Of a DNA stretch of 64,000 nt, positions 54,694 through 64,000 are shown one piece after another. Source of the stretch: Trichosphaerium sp. ATCC 40318. Taxonomy: Eukaryota > Protista > Tubulinea. Where the stretch lies: contig JALMLS010000015.1 in assembly GCA_038496445.1 (NCBI GenBank), forward strand, positions 1 through 64,000, in the 5' to 3' direction. Below the pieces are notes generated by a model. It worked only from the letters and a program-made list of their open reading frames with translations, did no database searches and was not told where the DNA came from. The position numbers were made by a program, and so were the translations under genes. The first letter of the stretch is position 1, and the number at the start of each line of letters is the position of its first letter.

Positions 54694-55079
54694 TGATCGC
54701 TTGTTTACAAATTGAGAATTGCGAGCTTAATAATGTTGACTTAATCTTACCTTAACCACCCGATTTGTCATGCCAAATATGTCAATGGTGCCAGCTTTGA
54801 AAGTATAGTGGTTCGTTAAGATCAGTGTTTGCTAGCTGCGTAATATGTGGATCATGCTGAAAATAGTATTGTATACAATTCGACAAAAACTGATTTGATA
54901 TTGAATTCTATTGGACTCTGTACACGTTTCTCTATTCTCATGAGCATCTTGTCATTTTGTGGTGTTTTATGAATTATCAAGAGTTTTCCTAGGTTAGATA
55001 AATAGAGTCAATAACATAGGTAATGAGTGTACATGAGAAGTTTTATTGTTACTTGTTTTTTTGCCATGTTTTGATCCAC

Positions 55080-58000
55080 TTAATGGTTTGTAGATTCTAT
55101 AGAACCTAGTGGTAGTCTTTGCCTCTTACTTTGTTCCCTTGTAACATAGAAGTATATACCGAGGGCTGCAGCCACAACGATTACTACCATCAATGCAGAA
55201 ATACCCACAGCAATTGGCATTGCATTGGAAGATTTGGACGCCTTGCAAAAGTCCAATACAACTAAGGCATGTATACTGTTACCTTTAAAAGAAAAGCGTT
55301 AATGAAAACAGTACAAGCATAATTATAAACTGAGAATTAACTTAAAGAAAAACTCATCATTTTTAACAGGTCACGTGACAGCAAAAAAAACCTCCATCAA
55401 CTAATTTGAAGGTGTTGCTGGAAACAGATTGAATAGAAGATGGAATGAAAAGTGCACATTGGCTTCGTTCTTACCTTTCTTTGATAATTGTGGTTCTGCA
55501 CATGTTTCCTCTTGAAACCTGACTTCAATATCATTGATATCGATGTCTTTGCAAGCAAATTGGTTGAATCTGAAAATCTCAATGCTCTCTTGGGTTGAAA
55601 TGATGCTATTGTTCAAAACAACCACACCTTGAACTTCAAGACAACCGTTCACATCAATAAATGTGTTTTCGTCAATATATAAGACAATTCCATCAGATAT
55701 TGTTAGGTCACCTGAACAAGAAGAACATCAGTTAAAGTGCTGTTAATATAAAAACATAAAACGGAAAAAGTACTTGCCTGTCACTAATACTTTTGCTCCA
55801 ACTAACTTTGTCTCGTTTACTAATCTATAGTTACCTACTACAACACTTGTGCCGTTAACACAAGTAGAAGCTATAGCATCTATACTGATACAACTAGGTT
55901 CTGAAGGCGATTCAGTAGGAGACGCTGTTGGTGTGGTTATAGGAGACTCCACTGGTGCACTTGTAGTTGGAGGGACTACTGGAGCATTTGTTGTAGGTGC
56001 ACTAGTTGTTGGAGACACCACTGGAGCATTTGTTGTTGGTGCGCTAGTTGTTGGAGCACTAGTTGTTGGAGCATTTGTTGTTGGCGCACTTGTTGTTGGT
56101 GCATTTGTTGTTGGTGCGCTAGTTGTTGGAGCATTTGTTGTTGGAGCACTAGTTGTTGGAGCACTAGTTGTTGGCGCACTTGTTGTTGGTGCATTTGTTG
56201 TTGGTGCACTTGTTGTTGGCGCACTTGTTGTTGGTGCACTTGTTGTTGGCGGCGGTGCCACATATTCGTGGAGTCCTAAACGTTTAAATTAGCTACACAG
56301 CAACTGTTGTACTAAATATCATGATTTGTAAAACGTAAAATGATTTGTTTTCTACAGTGTTGTTGGAAATTAAGCAAGGTTTTAGTACCAATTGTTGGAG
56401 TTGCACTTCTTGGTTCTCCCCAATAGTCAGTAGCCTCACTTGTTACTACACCACTACCAACTAAACTTGAAGTTGAAGATACACGAACACCAAGAGGACT
56501 TGTTGGAGCGCCAACAAAATTTGAAGCGTAGTTGTAATTTGCTCCAGAGTTAAAGTTAGTAACTGTTAGTACTGGTCCATCAAAATTGTTATCAGTAATA
56601 TCCCATCCTATAAAACCTTATCAGCGAGATTTTTGTATGTTTCGATTGTCAGTCTAACCTGATTCTATTATTCCTGAACTTGCTGTGTACGCTCTACAAC
56701 CATTTATAAGTTAAATTTCACTTCACAAAAACAAGCAAGAAAAATCCAGGAAATGTGTAACGTTGGAAAATAAATGAGCAAACGCCAAAGAAATCCACAA
56801 ATTACGGCTTTTGTAAATCCATTTTCCGAAAAGGGGTAAAGTACATACCCGGCGAAATTATTGTTTTTGACTTCATTAGTTGCAGTTGCAGGATGTAGCT
56901 GGAATGCAGTGTTAACGTTATAGAATGTGTTATGGTAAAACTTAGAGTTTGTAAACAAGGCATAGTTAATAGCGTCTAAAGAAAAAACAGCTGGTAAGTT
57001 TGTGCACAAATCAAATAAAGTTTAGTGATTTTCGTACATGGTACATCATAACCAAAGCAATTCGTAACTGTTACGTTATCTCTCTCTACTATATATGATC
57101 TTGTATAAAACACTCCATAATCAAGAGCACTAGCAAGACCAATTGCAGGAAGTCCAGCTTCTCCGTTTGTCCATCCGACAATACAACTAATGTGAATGAA
57201 GAGTTAGTAACTGTCGTTTTTCATTCTTACAAAAAAGAAACAGAATAAAATAACAGCTATGTACCGAGTTACATAAACACCTGCGCAATGGAGAAATTCA
57301 AAACCCCTCCAAACATCTAGAATCTCAGTATTCCAAACATTCTACATGCAATTTGTTAGACTCTCGTTTCAGAAGAGCTGAAATCGTACAATATTTGTTC
57401 CACTAATTGAAATACCAGGTCCAGATACGAACGAAATCTTACAATCTACGATATCAATATTGGAGGAATCAGGGCTACCCCGATACGTCTGAATGCCTTT
57501 TACAAAAAGTTAACAAACAAGTTCCTGTTTAATCTTATTGAAACGTACCAAAGCCTTCATTGTCCTCATCAAAATCATTTATCCATGTTGCTATCATAGC
57601 TGCTCCCTCTATTGTTACATTCGAGATAAGCATATCAGAACCATGTACTAAGATTCCAGTGTGTCCAATGTTGTATATTGTAACGTCTTCAACGCGAATA
57701 TTTGCACTCTGTTCAAGTGTAAGCCCTCTTCCTACTCGAAATTAAACGCCATAAGAATACCCACAAGTATTCCGAAATCATAAGCACGTGAATGCCTCGA
57801 CGAAAAAAAAAAACAAAACGCAAATATCAAGTTTTTCAATCACCAAAAGCGGAATCGACTACACACGCCATCGTATAACACATATATGTTTTTCGGATAT
57901 AGCGTACCTATACTGGTTCCAATAACAATGCCTGATATATAAAAGTAGTTACAGTTATTACACTGTACAACTGAGTTGTACAGATAATTTCGATTAACAT

Positions 58001-58713
58001 ATCGAGTGTAAGTGTTTGGTTCATCACCAGCTCCCCAAACAATATTAAAAACAGGTACCTCACCTACCAAAGACAGTTAGTAACATACTTAAATAGCAGA
58101 AACCCAGACAGTAGAGAGAAGTCAAGAATTCAATTTAAATAGAATTGAAAAAAAAGAACTTCTCTCAGGGACTTGTTCTTAGTTGGTTCGTTGTTGAACC
58201 TTTTGTGGTCTATCTATCGTTCAAATCGAACTATAACGAACTCTTGTTTTGTTTCGGGGTTTTACATACCAGGGTAGTTTCGTAATATTATAGGGTTAGC
58301 CAAAGTACCGCTAAAGCTTATTTGAGAGGCTTGATTTTGACCTGTGATTGTTTCTGTGTAGTTTCCACCTCTACACAGTATTTCATCTCCTGGATTGACT
58401 ACAGACGCGCTGTAAGCTGATTTGATCGAATCCCAAGGCCTGAGTGGTAATTATTAAATCGGCAATGAAAGTTCGTTAAAGCTCGTTTTTAGTGCTTTAG
58501 AGGTCCTGTTGATTGGTTCATTAAACGTATTCCAAAATAGGTGGTTCCAGTCTACAACAAGGCAAAGCGCAGCTACCAATAAAAAACACTACTAAATACC
58601 ACGTACGACGATATAGAACCAGAATTTAAAGGTAATCCTGTTGGCGAAATATAGTACAGCGTAGCGCTCACGTATACAGCAAAGCACAGTAATGATACAA
58701 GATGCAGTCGCAT
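55080..58713 (-). CDS. Cell-surface protein: signal peptide, DUF1565/pectin-lyase-like beta-helix, mucin-like stalk, Cys-rich segment, TM helix
   Basis: TLYYISPTG, PWDSIKSA..NPGDEILCRGGNY..SGTLANPIILRNYP; beta-helix rungs; PTTSA repeats; TM IAVGISALMVVIVVAAALGIYFY; stop 55080-55082. Confidence 0.8.
55960..56258 (-). repeat. 15-bp coding tandem repeat (PTTSA/PTTNA), mucin-like
   Basis: About 18 copies of a unit like GCACCAACAACAAGT. Confidence 0.95.
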
Positions 58714-58999
58714 AAGGTGCAAGCAAAAGGGATAATTAGCTAAAAAAGACGATATAAAGCAAAAACACCCAAGTCAAATTAGCACTTGGTCCAATAATAT
58801 CAAGCTACTTTTCTAACGCTGTTTGAACGATAAAACATTGGACAACAGTATAAAAGATACCGCTTTGTAACGGACTATCGCTACCCCTTTTTTTTCTGAC
58901 AATGTTGTTGAACATCCCTTTATTTTGCGTTATTGCAAACCCACCCCATTATAAATTACTAAGTGGTTGTACAACATGTTTTTTTTTTTTTATTACTGA

Positions 59000-61759
59000 C
59001 TACTGACCTTCAGCGAGACAGTCCCGTATTGATTTATCCATACTGTCCTTGTCTAACTTGTAACCAATGAAAACAAGGCGATTGAGGCGTTTCTACGCGG
59101 ATAAAAGTCACTAAGAGAACAAACGAAAGAAGAAAAAAACCCAGAAAAAACAAAAAAAAAACCCCAAAAATATCAGATCAAGGAGCAACTCTTACCTCAT
59201 CGTCCTTCCAGTGTGGTCCATTCTCTGCATTAAATATTCTATGGACTCCTTGGAATATAACCTTTGCAGGGTTATCTGCAACTGCAAATACACCTTTCAT
59301 GCGGTAAATATCATTTCCTTTAACATCAAGGAGTGAACCAATCCATTGAGTTAGCTTGCCATAATCGAATATACCCTAACAAAGAAACAATTACAAAAGG
59401 AGCACGCGACTGTGATAGTACAGTACCTCAATAGTAAGGGCTATAGAACCAACTCCAGAACCATGTTGATGATGTTGCTTATGTTCATGTTTGTGTTCAT
59501 GCTTGTATTCATGCTTGTGTTCCTCTTTTTTATGTTCGTGTTTGTGCTCCTCCTTGTGTCCTTCATGGTGATCGTGTTTGTGGTCTTTCTTGTGGTCATG
59601 ATCGTGGTCGTGGTCGTGTTCTTTCTTGTGGTCGTGATCGTGTTTGTGATCGTGATCGTGGTCTTTCTTGTGGTCATGATCGTGACTGTGGTCATGGTCA
59701 TCTGTGTCACGTTAAGTATTGGCTCGTGAGTTAATATTCGTACGGTCTGCGTCACTATGAGGCTTCTTTAATCCAGAACGGATCAGGTCATCAGAAAAGT
59801 TTGGGTTTAAGCTCATCAACTACAAAACAAGCGCATTAACTTTCGATTGCTATACCTTATTTATGTAAAAAAGTAGACGAACCTTGGCTGTAGGATCAAA
59901 TCCCTTTATATTTAAAATCTTTGAGAGGTCGATCTTTGAGTGTTTCGTCAAGAATATCTATATAACCAAATAAGGTAAAAAATTACTCACACGCGAAAAA
60001 AAAAAGCAAAAAAAATTGTTTTAGTCGTGGACAGTGGTCATGGTCTTTCTTGTGGTGTGACCGCGATAATGGTCATTTAAATCACAATTTGCTGTTTTCA
60101 CAAAAGGTTTACCTCAGCAACGGAATTAATTGATTTGATCTCGTTACCAATATTTTCAAGCTCTTCCTCCGTTACTACAGAAAAAAAAAAGATTTAGCTG
60201 AAAGAAGAAGTACAAAAACACGTTTTAAGTGTGCGTTCTCTCACCCAAGTCAATCTTGTTTAAAATAATTTTATCAGCGAAAGCTATTTGTTCAACGGCT
60301 TCTTCTCCACCCTCTTCATTTTCATCACCTTCCTCGCCTACTTCCTGATGTCCTTCACGGCGAGGACCTTTAGAAGCACGAGCAAGTTGTTTCAGTACAT
60401 GCTTAGCGCTACCCCAAAAATTTAGTTTTTTTGTCGAAAACAATAATACCAAGTTTTTTCAAAAAGGGTATTATAATTTCCCCCAACTCACTCTACTACC
60501 GTTAATACACCATCAATACTGAGGGAAGAAGATATCTCCGGGTAATTATAAAAGCTTTGAACAATAGGAGAAGGGTCTGCAAGTCCTACAACAAAAAAGA
60601 AGTTAAAAGGTGTCCGTAGAAAGAGTACGCGATGTAGTGAATTCACAACGCTTTCAAGCAACATTCAAAGTATTGCGTAAACGGTTTTTAAAACGAATCT
60701 GTAAAATTGATAAAAAGCAGCTTAATTTAACAAGATAGGCCGCAGTGTATTTACCCTATGGGTAGAATTCTTATTTTTTTACGCGTACCCGTTGTTTCGA
60801 CCAAAATGTAATCGTATTTATCTGAAACTTCTAAGAGTTGTCCAAGAGTCTCTACCAAGTTATCGCGTACAGTACAACACAAACAACCATTATTCATCTC
60901 AAATAGACCAATTTGAGCCTATAATTTTGTAAACGACTAACGCTGTAAGATCAGTATAGTTACCTCGTCCTCAACTTTAAACTGGATTAAATCCTCGTCG
61001 ATCCCAATCTCACCAAACTCGTTCTCAATCACAGCAACACGGTAGCCATGATCTTGAGTTAAGATGTAGTTGAGCAAGGTAGTTTTGCCGGCGCCCAAAA
61101 AACCTGTAATTATGGTGACAGGCTTTACTCTTCCTTTTACGAAAGTGTTTGTACGCAAACAGGTTGCTAACTTTTTCAAGTTGAGATCAGATAAGCGAGC
61201 ATTTTTTTGAAGCATCACTTGTACACGACCTTTTGTTCGTGGGTCCATATTCTCAGTTCGCAAAATAGCTTCAGTTTGCTGTACTGTTTGAACAAGCAGG
61301 TTCTACAAGCGCGTTGGTGGTTGTAAAAGCGGAGAATTATATTACCTTTAATGTTTGAACCAAATAATGCAACGCCTCACGCTGCTTTTGTTCTACTATC
61401 GCCGTTTTTCCAAGTTGCATCAAGTGTGAGAGCGCTGTGATTGCCTACAGGCGTTCTGTTATTTAACTTTCTTAAAAAATATTAAAACCTGGTTGAAATA
61501 TTCTCCCAGCTTTGGTAAGCTCTCTTTATCTTCCTTGAACGCGGCCATAGCTATTTCGTCACGAAACTCTTGGAACTGTTCTTTTAACCCACCGATGACT
61601 AAAATACAGTCACTAGACCTAAACGAGCGACTACATACCATTTGGTGGGGCTTTTGCGGTAGGTTCAACGTGTAACTGTTCTTGCGTATTCTCTTCCATT
61701 TCTGTATCGATTGGTGCTTCAGATTCGTCAAGTTTTTGTCTTTTGGTTGGAGGCTCCAT
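59000..61759 (-). CDS. COG0523/CobW (Zng1-like) G3E GTPase metallochaperone with long N-terminal extension and His-rich insert
   Basis: [27 protein letters not shown]|GLADP, NKID, YRMKGV, FQGVH, LVFIG; stop TAG 59000-59002. Confidence 0.92.
59462..59701 (-). repeat. His/Asp/Lys/Glu-rich coding repeat in CobW
   Basis: [30 protein letters not shown]. Confidence 0.9.
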
Positions 61760-61983
61760 TGATACTAAGATAAAATCACAAAGATTTGCTTAAGCAAACA
61801 CCTGTTAAGCGGCTGTCATAGACAATAGCTCACGTGCAAGTACATTTGTACTTCGCCAACACGTTTGTATTCACACTAGGCACTTACAAAAAAAAATTGA
61901 GATTTCTGCACCTGTTCATTTATTTGATATTTGCTGACTGTTGCTCAAAAACTGCTACAAAGTACATCAGTGCATAGTATAAT

Positions 61984-64000
61984 ATGATGAGCCAGTTTCA
62001 GGGACGCCCTGAATTATGTACTTCAAGAGAAAGGTAAAAAAGTACTTAGATTGCGTTAACGGTTTTTTGAAGAATATTAGCTCGTAGTGCGTCTCCAACG
62101 CGCGTGAGACTACAAAATCCAACCAAAAGAAATCTCGGCCCTTTTTATGAACTGCCAGTGGATTTACTTGGGGAAATATTTCGTAGGCTGCGCGGTGCGT
62201 GGTGCATACGCGTTTCCGCGCTGAATAAGTTATTTAGAGCCTCGGTTTTTAGCAATAGCAGCTATTGTATGTAGGTCATGGTACAGTACCGTACGAATGC
62301 CTACAGAGGTACTAAAACCAATAAACGTATTTTACATAGGCATGGAATTCAGTATTTGAGTTAGATGTCACGCCTTATGTAAACGGACGGCGATCTTTCA
62401 TTCCACTAGATGATAGAAGGCTGCTTCTATTGATCACACATTGTACCAGACTGAACACTCTTAAATTAGATAAGGTAAATACAGTGTACTAATATACACT
62501 AATATTAGAACTGCTCACATGCCGCTCACAAATGCTTGTTGGGCGTCAAACTTTTTTTGAAGCAAAACAATCTAATTCGTTTTTTTTTAGTGTGATAAGA
62601 TTACGGCTTCTGGGTTGCAGTACCTTAGTCTGCTTAAATCTTTGCGTACCGTATCACTTGGGTAATAAACATTGAATTGATACTAAAACCTACTAACACG
62701 TGTTGAGGTATTGTCGGTCCATACAAGACGATGCAATGGTTCACGTTGGTGAACTGCATAATTTGACAAGTCTCACTCTTGACACAAACAGAAAACTATC
62801 TGATGATGGCCTTATACATATAAGTGGTTTGACAAAACTCAAGGTATGTAAATGGAACTATGGATGCATTTTAAAAGAAAATTTAAAGGTATTGTCGTTG
62901 TCTCGAGTTGAAAAAGTTACTGATGACACATTGGCTCATTTGACAAGTTTGGTTCAGTTAACGGACTTAGACATATCCTATTGTAGATACATTACAGATG
63001 AAGGCATTATATTATACTCAATGAACGAATAAGTAACAATGACATTTAGGTATTCAACAGCTTTCATGTCTTACAAATATGGAGGTTCTAAATTTGAATG
63101 GAAACAACTCGATATTTGAAGGTTATCTAGCGCTTAGGTACAACACAAGTATATGTACAAGTATGTGCTTAACATTCATAGTAATTTTAAAAAACTACAT
63201 ACAATCAAAGTTCTATCAGCTATCCTTCATGAAGAGTCATTTGCAAACCTTAAAACATTACTATATTCGGTGAGTATCACTTTACATTTCGTAGTCTCAT
63301 AGTACTGTACTAGCTTCCACAACTAAGGACACTCGACATCAGCAACTGTCCTTTCATAGACGATTCATTTTGCAATTATTTCTCATCTTATCTTTCTATT
63401 ATACGTAAACTAAAGCTTCGTGATGCGACACATTTAACCCGACAAGGGACAAATGTACTATTATTTTCTTTTTCCTTCTTTCGGCGCGTCAGCTAATAGT
63501 GTTTTAGCATTTTTCCAACTTGACATCATTGAATCTAACAAATTCTATTTTAATGCCAAACATTTTTGATCAAATGACCAGTTTGACAAAGTTAAATTTG
63601 CGAGGGGTACGGTGATGTCTTTCAAGTAATGAACATTCCCTAATAACCTCATAGAGTAATTATGAAGGCTCCACAGCTAGTTTTTGCCTGACTTTAAGAG
63701 GTTTGAATGCAGCAATACATCTACGACATCTCAACCTTTCAGTGCCTAACTTGACAGATGAACACCTTGCTGTAATATCACACTGCAATTCGATTGAAAA
63801 ACTTGATCTCCTCTGGGCTAAAGTAACAGAAAAGGCACGTGTTTCGAAGAGTTACAAAACGTGACCCTACAGAACTAACTTGGAATACAAAGGGTCTCCA
63901 AAAGCTGGCGTACTTGGAGAACTTATCAGAACTAAACTTGACGAACTGCAAAGGAGTGACAGATACAGTATTAGCCTCCTTTACAAGCCTCAAAAAACTT
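61984..64000 (+). CDS. F-box/LRR-repeat (FBXL-type) protein, intron-rich, 3' end outside the window
   Basis: FYELPVDLLGEIFRRL..AIVCRSW F-box; LTDLDISYCRYITDEG and LEKLDLLWAKVTEKG cysteine-containing LRRs. Confidence 0.85.

Noticed and set aside
55849-56292. Hydrophobic VVGAL (+) and Gln-rich (-) ORFs
   Set aside because: Alternative-frame shadows of the PTTSA repeat
59412-59755. Val/Met-rich and Thr-rich ORFs
   Set aside because: Shadows of the CobW His-rich exon

Overview
Gene-dense, AT-rich eukaryotic nuclear DNA with many short (~40-120 nt) spliceosomal introns whose donors are mostly GTACG/GTATG/GTGCG/GTAAG. The gene content (Roco kinase, ADF/cofilin, Cdc123-like ATP-grasp, CDC48, RBM22) suggests a protist, probably an amoebozoan (inference). 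I reconstructed about 24 protein genes by manual splicing. Most notable: (1) a single spliced ORF fusing three riboflavin-pathway enzymes, RibB-RibA-RibH; (2) an F-box + repeat-domain (MORN-variant or LRR) family with two intact genes at 51.6-54.7 kb and a rearranged graveyard of related fragments at 18.3-21.3 kb, including a precise reciprocal 868-bp inversion and an F-box swap at nearly the same junction; (3) an intronless F-box-ParB/Srx-like fusion; (4) an unannotated structured intergenic RNA candidate with an Sm-like site (3.97-4.24 kb); (5) at least five GC-AG introns; (6) a KNL1-RWD-only mini protein, a Roco kinase with a PH domain inside its WD40 region, and a CaaX-ending Cdc123-like protein. 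All homology calls come from motif recognition without database searches, and exon boundaries are manual.
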